In this document: one piece after another, positions 53,377 through 60,615 of the stretch
Position numbering within the stretch: position 1 is the stretch's first letter
Layout: the number at the start of each line of letters is the position of its first letter
Source: a virus
Direction: 5' to 3' (one strand)
Virus record (IMG/VR): IMGVR_UViG_3300045988_132434
Span: 25,638-89,637 of that record
Length of the DNA: 64,000 nt
The notes under the pieces: model-generated
What the model saw: only the letters and a program-made list of their open reading frames with translations
Told to the model about the DNA's origin: nothing
Database searches by the model: none
Made by a program: the position numbers and the translations under genes

Positions 53377-53530
53377 TTATTCGTATTCTATCATTACCCC
53401 TGCATCGTTCACGTTAGCTTTCAGACATCGGCTCAGTCCGATTAGGCTTCCATGGTTGAACTCGGCAGTTACTTGCGTAAATACCCCCCCCGACTTTCGG
53501 GATGTGGTAGTCTATTGTGATGTTATTCAT
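53377..53530 (-). CDS. TRD-like mini-ORF T3 (frame broken at a G8 tract)
   Basis: MNNITIDYHIPKVGG is followed, in the conserved frame, by VFTQVTAEFNHGSLIGLSRCLKANVNDAGVMIEYE. This requires G7 rather than G8. The conserved frame is in frame with the MTase ATG across TAA plus 4 codons. Confidence 0.5.
53484..53491. repeat. homopolymer C8
   Basis: Out of frame relative to the conserved end of T3. Confidence 0.95.
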
Positions 53531-53654
53531 ATTCTTCAATCAGAAATACATTATATTGCCATAAACTTGTTGAAATGGTCGGGCAAACGTCAGTGCCTAA
53601 TCTACCTCCGTCGTTGTTGCCACGAGGGTATTGGTAGAGGTCGTGGTTAGTCAT
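53523..53654 (-). CDS. TRD-like mini-ORF T2
   Basis: MTNHDLYQYPRGNNDGGRLGTDVCPTISTSLWQYNVFLIEEYE. It has the PRG-N-x-GG ... PT(I/L)(S/T)(T/S)S ... N block. Confidence 0.55.
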   Translation of the reverse strand: MTNHDLYQYPRGNNDGGRLGTDVCPTISTSLWQYNVFLIEEYE

Positions 53655-53656
53655 AT

Positions 53657-53950
53657 TCAATCCTTTTCAATCTCCATTTCCCATTTCTTTTCATCGTGAG
53701 AGGAATAGACGGTATAGGGACAATTTTCTTTGTCGAGGATATTCTGTGCTTCGTCCAATATATCTCTTGTATAGAAACACCGACGCATAAGATACGCCAA
53801 AGCCTCAAACTGACCACGAGTAAGAAAGACCTCCTGCTCGCCGCAAGTAATACCTACATTATCAGTAATGGTAGAATAGAACAGCTTTACGTCCTCTTCC
53901 TTTCCTGTGTCCTCGTTCTTTACGATTATCTTTTCTGTATTGTAACTCAT
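53657..53950 (-). CDS. hypothetical protein (97 aa)
   Basis: Clean ORF. Confidence 0.45.
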   Translation of the reverse strand: MSYNTEKIIVKNEDTGKEEDVKLFYSTITDNVGITCGEQEVFLTRGQFEALAYLMRRCFYTRDILDEAQNILDKENCPYTVYSSHDEKKWEMEIEKD

Positions 53951-53991
53951 AATTTATTTCTCTTTTCATAAATCTTATTGTTTTTCACATT

Positions 53992-54363
53992 CTATTCAGA
54001 TACTCTTTTCACTGTCTTTAAATTACAGTTGGGAAAATCCATAACGTGTTTGAACTCATACGACACAGCATCTTCATAATGCGTTACATCACCATCAGTC
54101 TTTATTACGTTGATATAATCTTTATTCAAAGATGAAACAACCTGCTTGACCTCCGAGGCTCTGTGTAAATCGCATCCACCACCTTTGGTAAATACACACA
54201 AGAAATACCCATCACAATTCTGATAGTCTATTTCTCTATCATTTTTCACCTCTTTCTTCATTTTTCGTGCTGTCCACCAAATGTAAGTCATAAACAAAAT
54301 TGTTAAGACAAACGCAAACAACATTGATGCGAGCCAGAGTCGCCAATCATTCGTTATAATCAT
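53992..54363 (-). CDS. membrane-anchored hypothetical protein
   Basis: N-terminal TM segment, WRLWLASMLFAFVLTILFMTYIWW. Confidence 0.45.
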   Translation of the reverse strand: MIITNDWRLWLASMLFAFVLTILFMTYIWWTARKMKKEVKNDREIDYQNCDGYFLCVFTKGGGCDLHRASEVKQVVSSLNKDYINVIKTDGDVTHYEDAVSYEFKHVMDFPNCNLKTVKRVSE

Positions 54364-54378
54364 AATTTATTTCTCCTT

Positions 54379-54706
54379 TTATAATTCAACAAACACGCAC
54401 ACCCCTCCGCTTGCTGCGGTCAGAGCGTTCACCAACTTACCCCCCCCCAACCGTCCTGCTGCGCCTTAGAGCCGAGGAAGGATAGCTAAGGTCGGCGGCT
54501 CCAGGACAAGGGCAGTCGGCATAGCCCTGCTCGGTGGCTTGGCGTATGCGGAGGAACGTCTCGCCCTTGCGGTCCACAATCTGAAGGAAGGGTCGGTCAG
54601 AGGTGGAGTAGATACGGTAGAGCGAACCGTCGGGATAGCGCCCATACAGCTTGCCGTCCTTGGTGATGGTGCCACGCTTGTAGCGGGGCGTGTAAGGGTT
54701 ATTCAT
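54379..54706 (-). CDS. TRD-like mini-ORF T1 (frame broken at a G9 tract)
   Basis: MNNPYTPRYKRGTITKDGKLYGRYPDGSLYRIYSTSDRPFLQIVDRKGETFLRIRQATEQGYADCPCPGAADLSYPSSALRRSRTVGGG, then a stop at 54437. With G8 it continues as KLVNALTAASGGVCVFVEL to 54379. It has the RIR-x-AT-x-x-GY ... S-x-x-RR-x-R-V/T-G pattern. Confidence 0.55.
54440..54448. repeat. homopolymer C9
   Basis: The longest tract. As given it truncates T1. Confidence 0.95.
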
Positions 54707-55256
54707 CAATGGGCTTATCTTCTTGTGCTTCCTCAGCTTTCGGGTTATCATAACAATACGCACACAACACACACTTTTTACCGGACGCGTCCACCTTGAT
54801 AAGATGCCGGCAACTCTGGCATACCCCATAGCCGACCTTTACAGGATTACCATTCGGCAAAGAATCTCGGTGGGTGCAAACGTCTCCTATCTTCAAGAAC
54901 TCCGAATTGTCAAAACGAGCTATATGCTTAAACAATTCTTCTTTGTGAAGATCACACTCATCAGCATGGGTTTTTGCTTCATTACGTTCAAGTTGAAGCT
55001 GAATACATTCTCGTTTTAACTGTTCATTGTCCTTCTCCAACATGTCGCAACGGTCGCGCAACTGTTGCATATCGCCGAGCGTCTGCTTTGACGGGTTTTC
55101 ATCCTTGCGCTTCTCTTTGCCGTTCAACTGATGAACTACTTTGTTATAATCGTCCATGAGCTGAGACACACGCTGCTCCAGCTCAATGTTCTCTGCCTTT
55201 AAGTCGGCTACTATATAGGAAAGAGCCAACATGCGTTTGTTTTCTTCTGTTTTCAT
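54699..55256 (-). CDS. coiled-coil protein with a C-terminal Cys4 cluster
   Basis: Heptad-rich N-half. The C-terminus reads CQSCRHLIKVDASGKKCVLCAYC. Confidence 0.5.
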   Translation of the reverse strand: MKTEENKRMLALSYIVADLKAENIELEQRVSQLMDDYNKVVHQLNGKEKRKDENPSKQTLGDMQQLRDRCDMLEKDNEQLKRECIQLQLERNEAKTHADECDLHKEELFKHIARFDNSEFLKIGDVCTHRDSLPNGNPVKVGYGVCQSCRHLIKVDASGKKCVLCAYCYDNPKAEEAQEDKPIDE

Positions 55257-55282
55257 TGTTTTTTGTTTTTATTGAGTTATTG

Positions 55283-55546
55283 TTATTGTTTCTGTTCAAA
55301 TTCTACCATATACTTCAAATCGTCCTCACTGGGAGACTTGATGGAAATGTGTTTGGCTATGTATTCCAACTTTTCCTTCGATATGAATTTAATCTTTGAT
55401 TTTCGCCGTTTCATCTTCTGATACTTGATGGATGCCATATCAAACCTTGCGTCAAATCGGTTCACGCAACATAGATGATCTTTCCAGCGCGGAGCCAATC
55501 GGTCGAAACGTGTACAGACGAGCTTCTTTGCTAATCGTGCTTTCAT
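55283..55546 (-). CDS. small basic hypothetical protein
   Basis: Start at MKARLAKK, preceded by TTTATAGAGATT. The longer tracked ORF overlaps the upstream gene. Confidence 0.4.
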   Translation of the reverse strand: MKARLAKKLVCTRFDRLAPRWKDHLCCVNRFDARFDMASIKYQKMKRRKSKIKFISKEKLEYIAKHISIKSPSEDDLKYMVEFEQKQ

Positions 55547-55604
55547 AATCTCTATAAATCCTTTTATATTGTTAATGTTTTCGCATTGAGCTGAAATCTT
55601 TGTT

Positions 55605-55826
55605 TCACCAATATGCTCTCTGAGCAAAATACTCTTTTAAGGACAGATAACTACGCTTGTGAAAACGCCTTTTCATCTGACTGGGATTTTCGTGTCTATG
55701 CTGACGTTTTCTTGCCAAACGAATACTTGCACCAAGGACACAATATCCTCCATTCACTTTCACTAAATTTTCCGAATCAAACGAAATTGTGTACTCGTAA
55801 GTACGTTCTTTTATATTTGCTGCCAT
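55605..55826 (-). CDS. hypothetical protein (73 aa)
   Basis: Clean ORF. Confidence 0.4.
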   Translation of the reverse strand: MAANIKERTYEYTISFDSENLVKVNGGYCVLGASIRLARKRQHRHENPSQMKRRFHKRSYLSLKEYFAQRAYW

Positions 55827-55829
55827 AGG

Positions 55830-56297
55830 CTATCCATTTTTGAGGTTCAACTTCTCCTGCCATTCTGGGTCGTGTATATCACCGACAATCTCAAAGTCCT
55901 CAAGTTTCTGTTGCGTGATTTCGTCAGAGATGCCGTCAGAAATGCCACGCACAGCGGATTTCGGGTTTTTGACACAGGTAAGCAGAAACATCGCCTCTTC
56001 ATCACTCCACTCTATAATGCCGAAGTAATTATCACGCGCACCATCCTCCATGCGACTGAATGGGTATTCGTCCGAGCGAAGAATATCGCCCTCATAAATT
56101 TCCTTACCGTTCTTGTCGAGGAAGCCGGTGAACTGGCAGACGGTGCGAGGGTCAACCTTGTAGGGGATGTTTCTATTCAACATGCTTTCCTTTTGTCTAT
56201 CCTCGATAATGTATGTATTACCATTCTCCTTGTAGAAGAATCCACAAGTCCATTCTTGATTATCAAGACATTTAGCCTTAAACTTAATTGTTCTCAT
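55830..56297 (-). CDS. YopX-family protein
   Basis: MRTIKFKAK..., QFTGFLDKNGKEIYEGDIL and IVGDIHDPEW match the YopX pattern (F-R-x-W, TGL-DKNGK-IYEGD, GNIHDNPEL). Confidence 0.75.
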   Translation of the reverse strand: MRTIKFKAKCLDNQEWTCGFFYKENGNTYIIEDRQKESMLNRNIPYKVDPRTVCQFTGFLDKNGKEIYEGDILRSDEYPFSRMEDGARDNYFGIIEWSDEEAMFLLTCVKNPKSAVRGISDGISDEITQQKLEDFEIVGDIHDPEWQEKLNLKNG

Positions 56298-56331
56298 AGT
56301 TCTCTATATTTTAGTTAATACTCATATCGTT

Positions 56332-56595
56332 TTATCTCTTTCTTCGCTTCGCCCTGCGTCGTTCTTGCAGATTGTGCTGCACAAGTGGTGTAATGATAAA
56401 TGATGGCGACCCGTCAGGCATGATAAAACGGAAAACCCTCCTTGTTTTGCCTTCAAGAAAATCGTCTATATCTTTCATTACTTTGCAAAGAACCTCTTTC
56501 TGCGACTTCTTCTCTCCAGTCTGATGCTTATACATTTGACGAACATATTCCCAGTTAACGGTCACGATGTATTGTCTTTCTTTATGTATCTTCAT
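56332..56595 (-). CDS. hypothetical protein (87 aa)
   Basis: Clean ORF with a basic C-terminus. Confidence 0.45.
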   Translation of the reverse strand: MKIHKERQYIVTVNWEYVRQMYKHQTGEKKSQKEVLCKVMKDIDDFLEGKTRRVFRFIMPDGSPSFIITPLVQHNLQERRRAKRRKR

Positions 56596-56624
56596 AGTTC
56601 TCTATATTTTTCGTTAATACATTG

Positions 56625-57683
56625 TTACTTACTCTTTCTAATCTTCTCCATTTCCTCATTCTCTTTCGATAGTCGCTCCAGATGCTCCAATACAAGCGAA
56701 TACGACTGATTGTTCACCTGGTCTTCGGTGAGCGAGGCATACTTCTGCATGGTAGCAGTCGTAGCTGTATAGATTTCAAGCGGAGTAGAGGGCTGCTTCC
56801 GAGGATCAATCTTCTGCACTTTGAACACATGAGGAAACCTACGGCTTAGTGTGTGCATCATTCCCGTCCACCAAAACAACACCACCTGCCACTGGTAATC
56901 GGGAAAGTTGCGGAAATACGGCGCATTGTCCGTACACTGCATGCTCTCATAGTGGAAGTCATGCTTTACCATGCCCGTGTTCGGGTCAACAAACTTTGTC
57001 TTGGCGTTGAACACGGTGGCGAGGAACATAGACCGCGCGAGGTCAACGCTCTCTGCCTGCTGCATGAGCTGTTCGTCGCTGAACGTACCCATCTTCCGCA
57101 TACGGAGCAGATTGTTATGGATCTGCGTATAACTGCCCATGGTGTCGGTGGCAAAACGGTATTGCGCCCAACTGAACCCGTCCATATCGGGCAATGCGCC
57201 CTGAAACTCCTTCTCCATGCGCCACCACGAACGGCGACGCTTCACGGTGGGGTAGGGGAAACGGGTCAGGTACATGCCACGCTCATTGTCGAGCCAGTCG
57301 AAGATGCCCGCTCCCTGCGCCATATACTCAGCCGACTGCCTGTCGTTGGTCTTGGCCTTGGGAGAGAGCCAATAGTTAATCTGCCACAGATAGATGGGAA
57401 ATGTTTCACCACGCTTGCCATCTTTCAGAAAACGGCATGTGTAATACTGCTCCTCTATCGGATTTTGCAGATTAGGACCCTCCACGATCTGAATACCGGA
57501 CAGCGCAAAGAACAAGGCAATCTTCACGTTCTGCATCAAGAACGGATGATACCTGTCCTCTCGCTCTATCTGCTCAAGCATGACGCGGATAATGAGCTCC
57601 AACTGCTCCGTACTGCACTCATTCCACGAACGAGGCAACCGCAAGTCAATGCTGCATGTATCATATACGTCAAACGCTGCCAT
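56625..57683 (-). CDS. hypothetical protein (352 aa)
   Basis: Clean ORF directly downstream of the lysin gene. Confidence 0.5.
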   Translation of the reverse strand: MAAFDVYDTCSIDLRLPRSWNECSTEQLELIIRVMLEQIEREDRYHPFLMQNVKIALFFALSGIQIVEGPNLQNPIEEQYYTCRFLKDGKRGETFPIYLWQINYWLSPKAKTNDRQSAEYMAQGAGIFDWLDNERGMYLTRFPYPTVKRRRSWWRMEKEFQGALPDMDGFSWAQYRFATDTMGSYTQIHNNLLRMRKMGTFSDEQLMQQAESVDLARSMFLATVFNAKTKFVDPNTGMVKHDFHYESMQCTDNAPYFRNFPDYQWQVVLFWWTGMMHTLSRRFPHVFKVQKIDPRKQPSTPLEIYTATTATMQKYASLTEDQVNNQSYSLVLEHLERLSKENEEMEKIRKSK

Positions 57684-57687
57684 ATCA

Positions 57688-58242
57688 CTACCAGGTAATC
57701 TTATTCTTATTATTGTCTATCATCGAACCGTAACGGATAGCATCGAGTCGTCTGCGCCAACCGTTTTCAAAATGTTTCTGTGACGGTTTGCGCTTAATCA
57801 AATCGTCGATATACCGAACACGACGGTCTTTGATTCTCACAAACAAGGCGGCAGGCGACACGCTGTTGATAGCCGCAATAGTCTTCGGACCCACAATACC
57901 GTCAGCCTTCAGTCCCAGCATCTCCTGCACCAAGACGATAGCCCAACGGCCACTCAGCCACAGCCAATCTACCAGAATATTCGCCACTGACTGGTCATTG
58001 ATGCTGTCGGCACGATAGCGATTCCAGTAGTTTCTACGCATGATACGGGTAGCATCCTCCGCAGTGATAAGTCGGAGGTCTTTCACATCAATCACACCAT
58101 CACCATTCTTATCATAACCCTGTGACCGCCATGTGCCGATAGTCACACCACGGTTGGTAGCACCGCCACGATCCTTTGGGTCGTTGACGAAACCACCCTC
58201 AAACGAGAGGATAAACTGTGCGAGAGGTTCAAACTGTGCCAT
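57688..58242 (-). CDS. GH108-family lysozyme with a PG_binding_3-like C-terminal domain (endolysin)
   Basis: The N-terminal FILSFEGGFVNDPKDRGGATNRGVT is the GH108 signature (EGG...D.GG.T..G). The C-terminal part resembles the peptidoglycan-binding domain usually fused to GH108. Confidence 0.85.
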   Translation of the reverse strand: MAQFEPLAQFILSFEGGFVNDPKDRGGATNRGVTIGTWRSQGYDKNGDGVIDVKDLRLITAEDATRIMRRNYWNRYRADSINDQSVANILVDWLWLSGRWAIVLVQEMLGLKADGIVGPKTIAAINSVSPAALFVRIKDRRVRYIDDLIKRKPSQKHFENGWRRRLDAIRYGSMIDNNKNKITW

Positions 58243-58289
58243 ATTAGTTTTCGTTGTTTTATTATTTTAATTCTTAAAATTGTCTGATG

Positions 58290-58297
58290 CAAAGGTA
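58290..58297 (-). promoter_or_regulatory. Bacteroidota -7 box (TACCTTTG on minus)
   Basis: Plus-strand CAAAGGTA lies about 48 nt upstream of the lysin ATG. Confidence 0.55.
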
Positions 58298-58340
58298 AAA
58301 ATCAAAAACGACATCAACAGGACAAACTTTCACCTTCGCC

Positions 58341-58389
58341 AAAAAGAAACTCGGCACCGATACCTTTATCATAAAGGACCGATGCCGAG
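58341..58389 (-). terminator. strong rho-independent terminator after the capsid operon
   Basis: Long hairpin CTCGGCA...CCTTTA-tga-TAAAGG...TGCCGAG, followed by TTTCTTTTT on the minus strand. Confidence 0.8.
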
Positions 58390-58586
58390 GAACTATGAAG
58401 AGAAGAAACCAATGTTTCGAGCTATTCTTCTACGCTATCCGAAAAGCGTACCATCCAAAGTGCTACTATCAGATGTGTTGGTGTCCGAAGTGTTTCTATC
58501 CGAAATATTGCTGTCTGCAAACACCTTCTTTCTTGTGCGTGAAGAAACCTTAGCGACTACAGGCTCGCTCGTGTCAGAGCCGCTAT

Positions 58587-59150
58587 CTACACCGACGCTT
58601 TACTTGCCAGAAGTGAATCCCAGCCACCTTCGGGCTCTGTAATCTCATAGCGTCCGTAAATAGTGGGTTGCAGGGTTCCACTGCAAGTCACGCTACGCTC
58701 GTCGTCAGCTTTCTTACCGGTGTCACCCTTAATGCCACCCGAAGCATACTCTACCTTATGCTGAGAATCATATACGATGATACTCTTCTCGCCATCCTGG
58801 AAGATATAGCCAAGGTCGAGGTTGTTCAGAGCACGACCTACTTCTGCTGACGCTGCGTTTACGCTTTCGAGTACATAGTCAATCTGCTGTTTGTAACCAC
58901 CTCTACGGCCAAGTGATTCAAAAGAGTGTCCCTGTGAACTCTCCTTACACTCGAATTTATAGAGGCCTTTACCGGTGTTGAACGACTCGGTGGTCAATGC
59001 AGGGTAGATGTTCTTTTCTGCCTTCAAGGGAGCCTTGAGGTCAGCCTTGTTGAAAACATAGACGTTGACACCAAGACCACCAAAGTTCTCCAGACATTCA
59101 TTAGCTGCGAGAATATCCTTAATCTCAGGACATGTTGCTGTTACTGCCAT
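58587..59150 (-). CDS. virion structural protein (role unclear; decoration or tube protein)
   Basis: 187-aa ORF immediately downstream of the major capsid gene. Confidence 0.4.
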   Translation of the reverse strand: MAVTATCPEIKDILAANECLENFGGLGVNVYVFNKADLKAPLKAEKNIYPALTTESFNTGKGLYKFECKESSQGHSFESLGRRGGYKQQIDYVLESVNAASAEVGRALNNLDLGYIFQDGEKSIIVYDSQHKVEYASGGIKGDTGKKADDERSVTCSGTLQPTIYGRYEITEPEGGWDSLLASKASV

Positions 59151-59268
59151 ATTCTAATGAGTTTTTGTGTTTGTGTTAATGTTGTAATAGAAATGGCGAC
59201 GGTCACTGTTTCCGTCAGGTCAAGCGACCGTCGCCACAGATTTATAGAGAGCTGCTAAACCGTTGGGG

Positions 59269-60546
59269 TCATTTCTTGAAGAAAGCAGTCAGACCCATGT
59301 TCATGCCAGTGGCAGTGAGCTGAAGGGTCTTCTCGGTAGAACCGTTGCTCCAGTTGACGAACTTGCTGGTAGCACCATCTTCTGCAACGAGAGTCAGTAC
59401 CTGATTGATGGTGGTCTCTACAGGTTTGGTGTACTCTACACCATTCACCTTAACCTTACCATCGGTAGTGTCACCTGCAATGGTAATCACAAGGTTGGTG
59501 TTGTCGTAGTCACCTGCTACGTATTCAGTAGAAGCGAGGCTTCCGTCTGACATACAGAAGGCATACTTGAATGGGTTCTTGATACCAGCACCCTGGATTG
59601 ACTGAATCTGGAACTGGATGTCACGCAAGTCGTTGTCAGTACCGATCTTCACACCGACATAAGTCTGGTTACTCTCGGTGTCAACACCGTAAACAAAGTT
59701 CTTGTCGATGGTAGCGTACATGCGGTCGCCCTCGCCGAAATCGGCAACAGGGCAGAGCGTAACTTTTGAGAGTCCAGGCAGTTTGTAGTTACCACCTGCT
59801 TCATACTCTACCTTGAAGTTGCCATGATACTTGTTGGCATAACCGGCTGCAATGTTTGCTGCTGTAATCTCCGACATGTAAACGCGGACGTTTTGCTTGC
59901 GCAGACGAGCATCCCACTTACGCTGCCATGCAACGAAGTTGTCGTAAGGAGCAGAATCGTTATTATCAGCAGGTTCAGAGATAGCATCACATGGGATAAG
60001 GTTGCCGTTAGCCTCTGAGATAAGACCGTCCTCGATGTCGTGCTTAACGCAAGTGTGGAAACCATCGTAGAGAGCCAAAGCCTGGTCGTGAGCAGGAACG
60101 TCGTCGCCACCCTTATCAAGGTCAATGTCACCATTCCACAAGCAAGCGGTCAGGTTATCGGCATAGTTACGAAGGATTGCTTCGGCTGCCTCTGTAGAGA
60201 GTGGGTACTTGCCCTGAGCGTCTGTACCGAATACTGTTTCTACATAGCGGTCAATCGAATCGGTGTAGTGATCCCACGCGAGTTTCACGGTTAATGTACG
60301 CTCTTTGAGGAATCCAATTTCACTGTTTACCTTGGTGTGAACGTCCTTACGACGGGTTGTGCCACCCTTACGAAGAAGGATGTGGAAGGTGCGCTTGTAC
60401 TGAATACCAGTTACGATGTCAATACCAAGGCGGTCCATCTCTGCTGCGTCGGTATAACCAGGACCCATGAGGATTTCCTTTGATACCTGCTCGGCCACGT
60501 GCTGAAGCGCTTCAAGACCGATAAAATCTTTAGGAGTTGTTGCCAT
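59269..60546 (-). CDS. major capsid protein with an extra C-terminal beta domain
   Basis: 425 aa, directly after the protease-scaffold gene. The C-terminal ~70 aa (KVKVNGVEYTKPVETTINQVLTLVAEDGATSKFVNWSNGSTEKTLQLTATGMNMGLTAFF) resembles Bacteroides/Listeria-type beta repeats. Confidence 0.7.
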   Translation of the reverse strand: MATTPKDFIGLEALQHVAEQVSKEILMGPGYTDAAEMDRLGIDIVTGIQYKRTFHILLRKGGTTRRKDVHTKVNSEIGFLKERTLTVKLAWDHYTDSIDRYVETVFGTDAQGKYPLSTEAAEAILRNYADNLTACLWNGDIDLDKGGDDVPAHDQALALYDGFHTCVKHDIEDGLISEANGNLIPCDAISEPADNNDSAPYDNFVAWQRKWDARLRKQNVRVYMSEITAANIAAGYANKYHGNFKVEYEAGGNYKLPGLSKVTLCPVADFGEGDRMYATIDKNFVYGVDTESNQTYVGVKIGTDNDLRDIQFQIQSIQGAGIKNPFKYAFCMSDGSLASTEYVAGDYDNTNLVITIAGDTTDGKVKVNGVEYTKPVETTINQVLTLVAEDGATSKFVNWSNGSTEKTLQLTATGMNMGLTAFFKK

Positions 60547-60615
60547 AATTGTTGTGTGTTTGTGTTGTTAGTGTTAATGTGTTGTTGTGTTGGTTAAGGA
60601 TGTGGTAGGGAAAGA

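Noticed and set aside
49800-54800. Stop-codon reassignment (TAG or TGA recoding, as in some crAss-like or Lak phages) as the explanation for the fragmented ORFs
   Set aside because: The modules end with all three stop codons (TAA, TAG, TGA). All large genes elsewhere in the window are intact under the standard code. Only the two in-frame junctions are kept as a minor readthrough hypothesis.
58280-58642. Plus-strand ORF (120 aa) between the lysin and the structural gene
   Set aside because: It covers a minus-strand terminator and promoter. The repeated LLSDVLVSEVFLSEILLS reflects the TCCGAA-type DNA repeats and is not evidence of coding.
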